A program made the translations under genes and the position numbers. A stretch of DNA of 64,000 bases from an uncultured Planctomycetia bacterium. GTDB taxonomy: Bacteria > Planctomycetota > GCA-002687715 > DRQF01. This document shows positions 7,724 through 17,954 of the stretch, in pieces. The notes beneath the pieces are model-generated. The model was given only the letters and a program-made list of their open reading frames with translations, made no database searches and was not told the origin of the DNA. Each line of letters starts with the position of its first letter. Position 1 is the stretch's first letter. The stretch spans positions 11,609 through 75,608 of the forward strand of contig CAZLGG010000005.1 in assembly GCA_964559135.1 (NCBI GenBank). Direction: 5' to 3'.

Positions 7724-10439
7724 AGCGAGCCGGGTCCACGGGGAGCGTGACTCCTTCGGCCGGAGCGATGCGCAACTGCGTCTCCACGCTCTCCAGCCTG
7801 ACCGCTGCCAGCCAGGCTTGCATGCCCCGAATCGCCGTCAGCCGCCCGCGACTGTTTTCGGTTGCGAAATTCATGGTTCGGAGGCGGGAAGGGGCGGTCA
7901 GGGACGGACCGGCCAGTTTCAGGACGACCAAGATTCCCTGACCCGTGGGACTCGGAGCAAGGAAACTCGTCGCTTCCACACTCCAGGTGTCCTCGTGCCT
8001 TGGAGACGCGACGCCCCCCACGGGTCCGAGAGCGGCCAAAGCCTCCAGGGCCGCCAGACGCCAGACCTCCGGTCCCTGCTCCGCGACCCGCTCGAGGGTG
8101 AGGCGTGCGCCCGGGGGCGCCCGATGCGCGAGAGCCAGCCGCCTGAGCTCGCCGACGATACGTCCCTCCAAGGCGCGGACGCTCCGGTAGCGCCGACGGG
8201 AGAACTCGAACATGGGCACGCGCCTGGGGTCCCCACTCGCACTCAGGACGCCCAATAGGGGCAGAGCCATGGGCTCCGGCAGGTCGGGAAGCAGCAGACT
8301 GGCGACCGCCCAGTCGGCGGCGAACTCGTCTCCGCGCTCGGCGAGCAAAGACACGGCCCGAAACAGGTCCTCCCCCTGGAGAGCGAAAAGAGCGCGCTTG
8401 CGAATGCGCGGATTCGAAGACTCGAGGTCCGGTGCCCGAGCGAGGAGTGCCTCCGCGTCCTTCGCGGTCTTCACGTGGTTTCCTGAATCGGATGCATTCT
8501 CGTCGGTCGGCGCGGGAAACACCGGCGTCTTGGGGTGAGCATTGGGAGCCACGGGGATGCGGACGGCAAAGGCCAACGACGCATCGAGGAACGTCACCAG
8601 CTCATCCCGGCGCTGCTGGGAGAGACCAAGAGCGCGCGGATCATCCTCGTGGGGATCCTTCTCGAGATCGAAGAAAGCGGTCCGCCCGGTGGCCTCGTCG
8701 CGGATGATCTTCAACGACCCGTCGATCGCGGCCACCTGACGCCCGCCCCCCGGCGTCGCCAACTGAGCCAAAGCGAAGGGGTGCGGCTCGGCCTCGTCCA
8801 GAAGAGTGGGCAGAAGCGACTCGCCTTGCAGGGGCTGTGTCGGAGACACCTCGAAGGCCTCCAGGACGGTGGGCGCCAAATCGATGAGTTCGACGAGTCG
8901 TCCCACGTTCTTGCCGACGGTTTGTCCGGGCCACCGGAGGATCAAAGGCACTCGGAGGACTTCTTCGTAGAGGGTCGAGCCGTGAAAGCTCCCCCCATGT
9001 TCTCCGAATTCCTCTCCATGGTCGCCGTGGATGACGACGAGGCTCGTGTCCAGGACACGTCGGCCGATCTCACTGGAGAAGAACTCGGACAGCCTGCGAT
9101 CGACATGGAGGATGGCCGCGTCATAGAGATCCACCGGGCGGTTCCCGAAGTCGGAGGTCTTCTTCCGCGGCGGCCCGTGAACCTCCATGACATGGAGCCA
9201 GTGGAACCCCCCTTGCTCTTTCGTCTCGGCCACATCTCGCGCAAGTTCGCGGAGCCCGTCCTCGATGCGTCCAGGTCCGGTCGATCCGGGCAAGTGCCAC
9301 ACGGCGAATCCCCGCGAGAACGCCCGGAAAATCGTCTCCAGATGTTCCCGGCCATAGGCCGGGTAACCAAACGTCGACCAGCCTCGCCGGGAAAGAATCT
9401 CGGCAAGCGTCGACTCCTCGACCGGTGGATGACCGAGACCCTGCCGCCGGAAGTTGAGAGCGTCCGGGTATCGTCCGATGAACGTCGAGAGAATGCTTCC
9501 CCGACTGTCGGAAGCCTGGGAATGGGCGCGGGCAAACACGAAGGACGACTCGGACAACGCGTCGAGAAAGGGCGTGGTCCGTCGGGTGTAACCCCCAAAG
9601 CCGCAGTGGTCGGCTCGGAGGGCGTCGATGGTGATCCAGACCACGCGTCGAGGCTTCTTCAGCCCGAAACTCCTCTCCAGCGCGCCGAGCCGCCCCGACA
9701 CGACGGGCCCCCTCCTCTCGAGGAAGATCTCGATATCCGTCGAGTGGATCGGCGGACGATGGGGTCGCAGCCGTGAGACGATCCATGCGTACAGCCTCTC
9801 GCCGGGCGCCCTCGGCGTGATGGGGGCCGGCCGATTCGCCAACACACCCAAGCCCACGGCCAACGTGATGGCCGCCACGACGCCCATGCCGGGTCGCTCT
9901 CGGAGAGTTGCCCCGAATCGCGCCGCGGCGTAGACGGCGATGAGCGCTGCCAACGCATGCGGTCCCGGATACTGGGCCGCATAGACATGCCGCGCCGCCA
10001 GGGCCCCCCCCAGGGCGACGAAGAGCATGATGAGACCCGCGATGGAGAACTTTCCCCTCTGGATTCCACCGTCCAACTCGAGAAACACCGCCGCTCCCGC
10101 GGCCAGGATCAACCCGGCCGCCAGAACGGGACCCTGCCGTCCCGCAAGATGAGTGCTCCCCAGGAATCGTCCCGAGACCCACAGGGCCGGCCCCAGCAGC
10201 AAGAGCAAGTCACCGAGCAGGAGGGCTGCGGGGTGAGTCCGCCCGTCGACCAAGAAGAAGGCCAAGAACGCACTTCTCAGGCGTCGAAACCCATGGCGCA
10301 CTGGAACCAGGAGAACGCCCGACAAGGCCACGCCCCACAGGTCGGCCGCCACATCGCGAAACGAGACACCAAGCCCGGAGGCCAAAGCGCCCAAGGTGAG
10401 CACGGCGCCACCCATGAGCACCGCCTGCCACCGCCTCAT
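7713..10439 (-). CDS. Membrane-anchored sulfatase-like hydrolase/transferase (alkaline phosphatase superfamily) with a helical-repeat C-terminal region
   Basis: Several N-terminal TM helices; ITIDALRADH, HVMEVH, GDHGEEFGEHG..HG, VPLI, DLAPT, FFDLEKDPHE. Confidence 0.82.
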   Translation of the reverse strand: MRRWQAVLMGGAVLTLGALASGLGVSFRDVAADLWGVALSGVLLVPVRHGFRRLRSAFLAFFLVDGRTHPAALLLGDLLLLLGPALWVSGRFLGSTHLAGRQGPVLAAGLILAAGAAVFLELDGGIQRGKFSIAGLIMLFVALGGALAARHVYAAQYPGPHALAALIAVYAAARFGATLRERPGMGVVAAITLAVGLGVLANRPAPITPRAPGERLYAWIVSRLRPHRPPIHSTDIEIFLERRGPVVSGRLGALERSFGLKKPRRVVWITIDALRADHCGFGGYTRRTTPFLDALSESSFVFARAHSQASDSRGSILSTFIGRYPDALNFRRQGLGHPPVEESTLAEILSRRGWSTFGYPAYGREHLETIFRAFSRGFAVWHLPGSTGPGRIEDGLRELARDVAETKEQGGFHWLHVMEVHGPPRKKTSDFGNRPVDLYDAAILHVDRRLSEFFSSEIGRRVLDTSLVVIHGDHGEEFGEHGGSFHGSTLYEEVLRVPLILRWPGQTVGKNVGRLVELIDLAPTVLEAFEVSPTQPLQGESLLPTLLDEAEPHPFALAQLATPGGGRQVAAIDGSLKIIRDEATGRTAFFDLEKDPHEDDPRALGLSQQRRDELVTFLDASLAFAVRIPVAPNAHPKTPVFPAPTDENASDSGNHVKTAKDAEALLARAPDLESSNPRIRKRALFALQGEDLFRAVSLLAERGDEFAADWAVASLLLPDLPEPMALPLLGVLSASGDPRRVPMFEFSRRRYRSVRALEGRIVGELRRLALAHRAPPGARLTLERVAEQGPEVWRLAALEALAALGPVGGVASPRHEDTWSVEATSFLAPSPTGQGILVVLKLAGPSLTAPSRLRTMNFATENSRGRLTAIRGMQAWLAAVRLESVETQLRIAPAEGVTLPVDPARFSP

Positions 10440-11575
10440 CGTCGGAATTCCCCGTAGACGCGAAAGCCGATCCGCTCCGACCTGGCAAAGGGGCTCTCGC
10501 CCCTACGATAGGCCAGATGGATTCGATCGGTGATCGGGTCGAGCGTCTCTCCCATGACAACCCGTCGTCGCTCGCCGTCCTTGGTCAACACCCACTCCGA
10601 AACGCCGGACGCGCAGTGGAACAATCCATAGGGAGAACGAAGTTCGGGATGACTTCGGACTCGCAGAACAGGATCCAGAATGCCGCGCGCCTGAGGAGAC
10701 TTCGGTTCGAGCCCCCAGGGGAAGGGCCTCCCGTCGACACCTCGAGCGCCGCGTTCCCATTCCGAACGGGTGGGGAGTCGGTGGCGAAGGATGGGGGAAC
10801 CAGACGCCTCGGAATCATCCAGATACCGACAGAACGCCAGGGCGTCGAAAAAGCTCGCCCAAGACATGGGTGCGTCGGGCGACCCTTTCCGCAAGACGGT
10901 CTCCCAGACGTCTCTCCCCTCGACGATCGGCCGATGACCGGGACAGCCCTTGGGTGAGAGGGTTCGCTCCTCGTCCGAGCAAAAGGGCCCGAAACCTCGA
11001 GCGTCTCGATCCGCAGCTTCATCCCTTGCCAGAAAGCGTGCGTACTCGCCGACGGACACCTCGGTGAGAGAGAGGAAAAAGCCATCCGTGTCGTGCGGCA
11101 TTCCCGCGTCGTCGATGGGCACCTCGAGATGCATTCCCATGCCGGCGAGTCCGGCCCCCCCGGGCACATAGGCATACCCATCGGGAGGCGGTGCCAGGCG
11201 CAGCGTCAATGCGTCGCCGGAGCGCAGGAGGACCTCGATGGATCGATCTCGCCACCGAACGGTCCAAACGCCCTCGGGGAGCGGCAAGCTCTCGTTCGAT
11301 CCACGGAGCGTCCAGACCCGCTCGACGGGGTGGGATGGCCGTGCGAACCAAGACGCTCGTCGACTCATCGCCGCGTGCAGAGTTTCACCGTCTTCGAATC
11401 CCTGGACGACGACACGCGCCACGGGAGGGGATTCCGCCCGTTTGAGAGCACGGGAGAGATCGCGCCGTCCGGTCCAACTCCACACCAGGCCTCCCACGGT
11501 CACGGCCAAGAGGAAGGACAAGGTCCTGAGGGGATGAAGACGGGGCGGCCCTGATTCCACGTCAGCAACTCCCAT
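10436..11575 (-). CDS. SUMF1/FGE-sulfatase-fold protein with N-terminal TM anchor
   Basis: TEVSVGEY, RLPTRSEWERGARG, FPWG, SPYGLF, VSEW, IGFR; ATGA-coupled to the sulfatase-like gene. Confidence 0.8.
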   Translation of the reverse strand: MGVADVESGPPRLHPLRTLSFLLAVTVGGLVWSWTGRRDLSRALKRAESPPVARVVVQGFEDGETLHAAMSRRASWFARPSHPVERVWTLRGSNESLPLPEGVWTVRWRDRSIEVLLRSGDALTLRLAPPPDGYAYVPGGAGLAGMGMHLEVPIDDAGMPHDTDGFFLSLTEVSVGEYARFLARDEAADRDARGFGPFCSDEERTLSPKGCPGHRPIVEGRDVWETVLRKGSPDAPMSWASFFDALAFCRYLDDSEASGSPILRHRLPTRSEWERGARGVDGRPFPWGLEPKSPQARGILDPVLRVRSHPELRSPYGLFHCASGVSEWVLTKDGERRRVVMGETLDPITDRIHLAYRRGESPFARSERIGFRVYGEFRR

Positions 11576-11749
11576 CAGAGAGACTGCGGACGCTGCTCCA
11601 CGATCTCATGAGCGCATACGAATTCGCATCTCGCATGCGCTGATCTTATCCCCGGCCGCGGACGAGGAGAAACAGGGAGTACGGCCCTCCCCTTCGACGC
11701 GATCGACGGGTACACTCTGAAGTCCCCAGCGAGAACGAAGGAGACCGAC

Positions 11750-13051
11750 TTGCAGCGCGCTATCATCCTCTCATTGTTCGTTTCCCTCGGCGTTGGCGTC
11801 GTCCGCGGCCAGGAAAAACCCGTCGTGTTTACGGGTGCACGCATTCTTCCCATCAGCGGTCCGCCCATCGAGGAAGGAGTCCTCATCATCCAAGGGGGGA
11901 AGATCGTCTCCGTAGGCCCCTTGGAAGGCGCGAACATTCCGCCCGACGCCACGCGTCACGAGGTCTCGGGCGTCATCATGCCGGGTCTCATCGACACCCA
12001 CAGCCACATCGGCGGCCCTTCGGGCGGCGACGCCTCCCAGCCCATTCAACCCGAGTGTCGCGTCCTCGATTCCATCAATGTCCTCGACCCCTCGATCCAG
12101 AAGGCCCAGGCCGGCGGCATCACAACCGTCAACGTCATGCCTGGATCGGGCCACCTGAGCTCCGGTCAAACGGTTTACATCAAGCTGAGGGACGCCGAAA
12201 GCATCGAAGACCTCCTCATCCGCGACGAGAACGGACAGGGCTTGGGCGGCCTCAAGATGGCCAACGGGACGAATTCCCAGAGGAAACCACCGTTCCCAGG
12301 CACGCGGGGCAAGTCCGCGGCCCTCGTCCGCCAGGCCTACATCGACGCCATCGAGTACAGGAACAAGATCCGCGCGGCAGGCGATGACGTCTCCAAGAGA
12401 CCGGCGCGCAACCTGAGACTCGAAGCTCTCGTCGAAGTCCTCGACGGGCGCCGCGTGGTACACCACCACACGCACCGCGCCGACGACATCGTCACGGTGC
12501 TCCGATTAGCGAAGGAGTTCGGTTTTCGCGTCGTTCTCCATCACGTCAGCGAAGGGTGGAAGGTCGCAAATGAGATCGCCCGCGCCAAGGTCCCCTGTTC
12601 CGTCATCCTTCTGGACAGCCCGGGAGGCAAGCTCGAAGCCACAGGCCTTCGAGCCGAAACCGCGGGCATTCTCGAGCGGGCGGGGGTGGACGTCACGATC
12701 CACACGGACGACCCGATCACGGACTCCCGCCTCTTCTTGCGATCGGGCGCACTCGCCGTCCGAGCAGGCATGACGCGCAAAGGGGCTTTGGAGGCTCTCA
12801 CGATCGCGGGTGCACGCGCCCTCGACCTCGAGAAGCGGATCGGAAGTCTCGAAGCCGGCAAAGATGCCGACTTCATTCTCCTGTCCGGTGACCCCTTCAG
12901 CGTCAACACGAAGGTTCTCGCAACCTGGGTCGAGGGCAGAAAGGTCTTCGACCGCAGCGACCCCAAGGACCGCCTTTGGGCTGTCGGCGGCTGGGGCGCC
13001 AGTCGGGGGCAGATCTTCGAACTCGGATGCCTGACGGGGGAGATCAAGTGA
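11750..13051 (+). CDS. Secreted metal-dependent amidohydrolase (imidazolonepropionase-like family)
   Basis: Signal peptide; PGLIDTHSH, LKMANG, HTHRADD, LHH, HTDDP, GSLEAGKDAD. TTG start with AAGGAG SD. Confidence 0.85.
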   Translation: MQRAIILSLFVSLGVGVVRGQEKPVVFTGARILPISGPPIEEGVLIIQGGKIVSVGPLEGANIPPDATRHEVSGVIMPGLIDTHSHIGGPSGGDASQPIQPECRVLDSINVLDPSIQKAQAGGITTVNVMPGSGHLSSGQTVYIKLRDAESIEDLLIRDENGQGLGGLKMANGTNSQRKPPFPGTRGKSAALVRQAYIDAIEYRNKIRAAGDDVSKRPARNLRLEALVEVLDGRRVVHHHTHRADDIVTVLRLAKEFGFRVVLHHVSEGWKVANEIARAKVPCSVILLDSPGGKLEATGLRAETAGILERAGVDVTIHTDDPITDSRLFLRSGALAVRAGMTRKGALEALTIAGARALDLEKRIGSLEAGKDADFILLSGDPFSVNTKVLATWVEGRKVFDRSDPKDRLWAVGGWGASRGQIFELGCLTGEIK

Positions 13052-14271
13052 TGCATCGAAAAACTCTCCCGACCGTCCTCGCAGCATGCCTCGTTCTCTC
13101 GAGTGTCCCTATGGCTCAGAACTTGGCAGTAAAGGCGGCCCGCATCCACACCGTCTCCGGCCAAGTCATCGAAAACGGGGTCATCGTGGTTCGCGATGGC
13201 AAGATCGCCGCGATCGGGCCCGCCGCCGCCACTCAGATTCCCGAGGGGTTCCAGACCCTCGAAGCGGCCATCGCCACACCCGGCCTCATCGACGCCCACA
13301 GCGTCGCCGGGCTTGGCGGTTGGCTCAACCAGCCGCACGATTCCGATGAGCATGAGACCGACCCGGCCATTCAACCGGAGCTTCGCGCTCTCGATGCCTA
13401 CAATTCCCGCGAGCCCCTCATCGCGTGGTTGCGCGGCCACGGCGTCACGACGATTCATACGGGGTTCGACACGCGCGGACTGATTTCGGGAACGAGCGTT
13501 CTCGTCAAGACCCGGGAGGCCCCCCTCGCTGACGTGGTCCTGAATCCGAAGGCCATGGTCCTCGCCAGTCTTTCCGACGGCGCCCGCGCCACCGGCGGCA
13601 AGTCACCAGGCACCAAAGCCAAAATGGCTGCGATGATTCGCCAGGCCCTCATCGAAGCCGGAGAGTATGCAGCCAAGCGCTCGCTCGAAGACGCGACCAA
13701 GCGACCGGACCGCAACCTTCGCCGGGAGGCCCTGGCGGACGTCTTGGCGGGGAAGCGCCCTCTCCTCGTCACGGCCGAACGCGACCGCGACATTCGAACG
13801 GCGCTCCGTCTTCAAAAAGAATTCGGATTCCGCCTCATCCTCGACGGCGGCGCGGAGATCTACCGTGCTCTCGATGTCGTCTCCGCGGCCAAGATCCCGG
13901 TCATCATTCACCCCACGATGGCCCGCAGTCGGGGCGAGCGTGAAAACCTTTCCGTCGAGACCGCGGGAAAGCTGCGGGCGAACGGCATTCTCTTCGGATT
14001 TCAAAGCGGGTACGAGTCCTACGTCCCCAAGACTCGTGTCGTCCTCTTCGAAGCGGCCATTGCCGCCGCCAACGGCCTGGGTGCCGACGCGGCGCTCCGC
14101 GCCCTCACGCTGGATGCCGCACGCATCCTCGGTGTGGAGAAGCGCGTGGGTTCCTTGGACGTGGGCAAGGACGCGGACATCGTGCTGTTCGACGGCGCAC
14201 CTTTCGAATACACGACCCACGTGGTGGGCGTGATCATCGATGGACATGTCGTGAGCCAAACAAAGCGATGA
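13051..14271 (+). CDS. Secreted amidohydrolase-fold protein with degenerate metal ligands
   Basis: Paralog of the upstream gene (PGLIDAHS, GSLDVGKDAD); signal peptide; TGATG coupling. Confidence 0.82.
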   Translation: MHRKTLPTVLAACLVLSSVPMAQNLAVKAARIHTVSGQVIENGVIVVRDGKIAAIGPAAATQIPEGFQTLEAAIATPGLIDAHSVAGLGGWLNQPHDSDEHETDPAIQPELRALDAYNSREPLIAWLRGHGVTTIHTGFDTRGLISGTSVLVKTREAPLADVVLNPKAMVLASLSDGARATGGKSPGTKAKMAAMIRQALIEAGEYAAKRSLEDATKRPDRNLRREALADVLAGKRPLLVTAERDRDIRTALRLQKEFGFRLILDGGAEIYRALDVVSAAKIPVIIHPTMARSRGERENLSVETAGKLRANGILFGFQSGYESYVPKTRVVLFEAAIAAANGLGADAALRALTLDAARILGVEKRVGSLDVGKDADIVLFDGAPFEYTTHVVGVIIDGHVVSQTKR

Positions 14272-14846
14272 CTCTGGGCCTTGCGAGCGCGACCGACGCC
14301 TCATGGACGAAGCTGGCCTTGGCCCACCTGGATGAGATCCTCGTCGATCACGCCCACTGTGAGAAGAAGGCCGCCAGCACGGCGCTGAGCCTCGTGTTCA
14401 AGTATATGGAGCACACGCATTTCCTCCCCGTGTTGAGCGCCCTCGCCCGAGAGGAATTGCGGCATTTCGAGCAGGTCCTGCGGCACTTGGATGCGCGGGA
14501 GATTCCATTCCGCAGGCAAAAGCCGTCCCCGTACGCAGGAAGACTCATGGAAGCCTGCCGCAAGGACGAACCCGATCGCCTCCTCGACGTGCTCATCATC
14601 TGCTCCCTCATCGAGGCCCGAAGCCTCGAACGCATGGGGCTCCTCCGCGATGCCATCGACGAGGAGGATCTCTCGCGTTTTTACGGGAATCTTCTGGCGA
14701 GCGAGGCGCGCCACCGCGCCGCCTATCTGGACCTCGCCCGAAGCGTTTTTCCGCCCGAAGACGTTGCACGTCGCCATGGTGAACTGGCCCTGCACGAAGC
14801 CCGGGTGATCGCGGAAGCTCCGCCGTGGCCCCGCATGCACTGTTAG
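14268..14846 (+). CDS. miaE: tRNA-(ms2io6A37) hydroxylase
   Basis: DHAHCEKKAA, EELRHF, IEARS, SEARH di-iron motifs. Confidence 0.9.
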   Translation: MTLGLASATDASWTKLALAHLDEILVDHAHCEKKAASTALSLVFKYMEHTHFLPVLSALAREELRHFEQVLRHLDAREIPFRRQKPSPYAGRLMEACRKDEPDRLLDVLIICSLIEARSLERMGLLRDAIDEEDLSRFYGNLLASEARHRAAYLDLARSVFPPEDVARRHGELALHEARVIAEAPPWPRMHC

Positions 14847-14847
14847 G

Positions 14848-16359
14848 TCACGCTCCCGGACAACCGAGCAGTCGCTCCGCGAGAACCTCCCATTGCTCGG
14901 GGCGTTCGCCATAGGTGAGCAATCCCGTGGCCGACGGGGGTGCCGGCGCGAGGTCCCGGTCGTCGCGCATGGCACAAACGAGAAAACCCCCGGGGAATCT
15001 TCGATCGAGCCGACGGAAGACCTCCGCTTGAGACGCGTCGTCTCGGACGTGCCGGGGACAGAAGAGGACATGATCGCTCCTCTCCACGGCGGCAAGGCAA
15101 CCGTCGATGTCGTCCTCACTCGCGTGAAGGGGAAGTCGAACATCTCGAGCACTCGTCCCCGCCATCTCCTTCCAGCGGCCAAAGAACGCCGCGGAAGCAG
15201 GCCTCACGGAGGCCTCTTCCACACCTGCCGGCTCCGAAGCTTCCCCCAGGCGAATCACGGACAGGCGGCTCATGGGCGAGAGAGGCAACAGATGCCCCGG
15301 ATCCGAGACGACCCGGAGGGCTTCTCGGGCAACGCGACGGGCCAAAGCGTCCCCCCCGGGCGCCTGAAAACCGGTGCGGTGTGTCGATGCCAACGCCTCG
15401 ATCCTCGCCACGCTGGCGGCATGCTCCGTTGGGTCCAGGTCACCGGTCTTCAGCGCAGCCTCCAAGGCCCGCGCCGCTTCGCGCTGCAACGCGATCGTGT
15501 GACACACGGGCAACACGTCGTGACCGGCCCGCGCCGCCTCGAGGACGGCCCTCACGGTTCCCCCGGCCCGGGAGGCCGCCCCTGCCATCTCCAAGCAATC
15601 GGCCAGGATGAGTCCCTCGTAGTTCCATTCGGTACGCAGACGCCCATACACTTCCTTGCGCGATCCGGTGACCCACTCCCCCCTCGAACCCGGCGTCACC
15701 AGATGGGTCGTCATCAGCGCCGCCGGCGCGATGTCCGCAACGAGGCGGTGAAAGACCTCTCGCCCCTCCTCGAAATCCGACACCAAATCCTCGGAAACCC
15801 CGGGAAGCTCACCGTGCGGATCGGCGGCGGCCACGCCGAGACCGGGGTAGTGCTTGATGCAACCGGCGACGCCGCCCTCCCGTTGCCCGGCAAGAAAGGC
15901 TTCGGCCAAGCCGACCACCGCATCCGGGTCACGTCCGAAAGACCTGAGTTCCAGACCCGTGCGGCTCTGCGCGTGGAGCAGATCGACGACGGGGGCGAGA
16001 TTGAGATCGATCCCCATGCCCGCAAGGTCCGCACCGATCCGCCGACCCACCTCGCGGGATGACTTCAAGCCAAGGGCCCTCGGAAGAGCGCCCAACGCCC
16101 GCGCGCCGGGAGAGACGAAGACCCCCTGCTCGATGCGGTTGACAGCCCCCCCCTCCTGATCGACGGCGATGAGCAGGGGCCACGGGACGAGGTCCCGGAT
16201 TTCGGTCACGAGGTCACGCACCTGATTTGCATCCGTGACGTTGCGACCAAAAAGGATGACACTCCGCGCTCGGGTTTCGAGAAGAAGCTCCCTCGTTGCA
16301 TCGTCGACGGTGCGACCGTGAAAGCCGACCATGAGACGGGCACCGCCGACCGCCGGCAT
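14848..16359 (-). CDS. nagZ: GH3 beta-N-acetylhexosaminidase with C-terminal domain
   Basis: DQEGGAVNR, NLAPVVD, RSFG, KHYPGLGxxxxDPH signature. ATG 16359 overlaps the symporter stop (TGATG). Confidence 0.8.
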   Translation of the reverse strand: MPAVGGARLMVGFHGRTVDDATRELLLETRARSVILFGRNVTDANQVRDLVTEIRDLVPWPLLIAVDQEGGAVNRIEQGVFVSPGARALGALPRALGLKSSREVGRRIGADLAGMGIDLNLAPVVDLLHAQSRTGLELRSFGRDPDAVVGLAEAFLAGQREGGVAGCIKHYPGLGVAAADPHGELPGVSEDLVSDFEEGREVFHRLVADIAPAALMTTHLVTPGSRGEWVTGSRKEVYGRLRTEWNYEGLILADCLEMAGAASRAGGTVRAVLEAARAGHDVLPVCHTIALQREAARALEAALKTGDLDPTEHAASVARIEALASTHRTGFQAPGGDALARRVAREALRVVSDPGHLLPLSPMSRLSVIRLGEASEPAGVEEASVRPASAAFFGRWKEMAGTSARDVRLPLHASEDDIDGCLAAVERSDHVLFCPRHVRDDASQAEVFRRLDRRFPGGFLVCAMRDDRDLAPAPPSATGLLTYGERPEQWEVLAERLLGCPGA

Positions 16360-17909
16360 CAGCCTGCCCCCCCCGTCCGGCGGGCCGTGAAGCACGCCCC
16401 CACAAGAAAAGAGACGGCGAACCCGATGGGTGGATTCCACGTCCACGCCCAAGGGGGTGGTGTACCGAAGAGTGAATCGGAAAACTCGACGAGGAGCAAG
16501 ACGCCGATTCCTGCGAGCAGAGCCACGACCCCGCCTCCATCGCTTCCGCGCCGCGTCAATGCGCCCAGAAGGAAAACTCCCAAAAGGGGCGGGAAGATCC
16601 AGGTCAAAACTTTGAGCCCCAGCATGAGAATGCCGAACCCCCGCCCCGCATCGCCCGTGTCATGAGTCTTCCATACGACGAACGCCAGAACGGCCAAGAG
16701 GGCTCCGAAGAACACCGTGAACCGACGCGTCATGCTCAGGTAGTAGGAGTCGTTACGCCCCGGCACGAGCCAACGTTTCCAAACGTTCGTGACCGTCGTC
16801 GAAGCCAGCGCCGAGATCGCGGAATCCAGACTCGACATGGCGGCGGCGAAGATCCCGGCGATGATGAGACCTCGAACTCCCGAAGGGAACTCGTGGACGG
16901 CGAAGTAGGGAAAGATGTAGTCGAATCCCTTGGACGGATGGGACGCCCCCGCCTCCGTCGCGATCTGCGCGGCAAGAGCCGCTGCGCCCCGTTCGCCGCC
17001 CAGGACGAGGTAGAGCAGGGTTCCCACGAGGAGGAAAATGAATGCAATGGGGAGCGCCAGAAAAGCGGAGAGCCACAGGCTCTTCTTACCGGCTTGGGCG
17101 TCACGACAGGTGAGGGCGCGCTGCACCATGTCCTGATCCGTCCCATGGGTCGCCAGCGTCAAGACGGTGATGCCGATGAGACCGGCCCAAAACGTATAGG
17201 CGGTGGTCGGGTCGAACGAAAAATTGAAGATCCGGGTCTTGGATGCTCCATCCGAAGCGGTCGCACTCATCACCTGCTTCCAGACCGACGCGGGATCGTC
17301 TCCCAAGGATGCCCCGAGAACCACGACGGCGGCAATCCCTCCCCCGACGAGCAGGATACCCTGGAGAACGTCCGTCCAGACGACGGCCTTGATGCCGCCA
17401 AAGAGGGTGTACGCGATGGCCGCGAGAGCAATGAGCAGGATCGCCGACTCGAACCCGAGGGCGCCTCCCGTGACGACCCACAACGCAATGCTGGCCCCGT
17501 AAAGCCTCACCCCGCTGCCGAGACACCTCCCGAACAAGAACAGGCCCGTCGCGGCTCCGCGTGTCTTCCCGCCGAACCGGGTCTCCAGCCAGTCGTAGAC
17601 CGTAAAGACGCGGGCCCGATAGTAGATGCCGATCAGGAGCGCAGCGACGAGAAAGCGGGCGAGAATGGAACCCAGAGTCGTCTGTAGGTAGGTCCAATCC
17701 CCGCGCAGGGACTGAGTCGGAGCACCGATGAAGGTGAGAGCGCTGGTTTCCGTGGCGATGATCGACAGTCCCGCGGCCCACCAGGGAATCCGGTGACCGC
17801 CGAGGATATAATCGTCGGTCGTCTTTCGCCCGCGGCCCGCGACGAATCCGACGCCCGCGACGATCAGAAGATATCCGCCGATGATGAGCTGGTCGCACAG
17901 GGAGAGCAT
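16359..17909 (-). CDS. Sodium:solute symporter (SSS family)
   Basis: Multi-TM; ATETSALTFIG, GGIKAVVWTDVLQ, DQDMVQR, AAAMSSLDS. Confidence 0.9.
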   Translation of the reverse strand: MLSLCDQLIIGGYLLIVAGVGFVAGRGRKTTDDYILGGHRIPWWAAGLSIIATETSALTFIGAPTQSLRGDWTYLQTTLGSILARFLVAALLIGIYYRARVFTVYDWLETRFGGKTRGAATGLFLFGRCLGSGVRLYGASIALWVVTGGALGFESAILLIALAAIAYTLFGGIKAVVWTDVLQGILLVGGGIAAVVVLGASLGDDPASVWKQVMSATASDGASKTRIFNFSFDPTTAYTFWAGLIGITVLTLATHGTDQDMVQRALTCRDAQAGKKSLWLSAFLALPIAFIFLLVGTLLYLVLGGERGAAALAAQIATEAGASHPSKGFDYIFPYFAVHEFPSGVRGLIIAGIFAAAMSSLDSAISALASTTVTNVWKRWLVPGRNDSYYLSMTRRFTVFFGALLAVLAFVVWKTHDTGDAGRGFGILMLGLKVLTWIFPPLLGVFLLGALTRRGSDGGGVVALLAGIGVLLLVEFSDSLFGTPPPWAWTWNPPIGFAVSFLVGACFTARRTGGAG

Positions 17910-17954
17910 GGTGCGCGATTCTACGTCACGCCGCCGACCCTCGTCGGATCGTTC

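Noticed and set aside
10436-11575. FGE-fold gene as SenA/EgtB partner of the SenB-like glycosyltransferase
   Set aside because: No DinB domain or HxxxHxE iron motif; it has a TM anchor and belongs to the opposite-strand operon.
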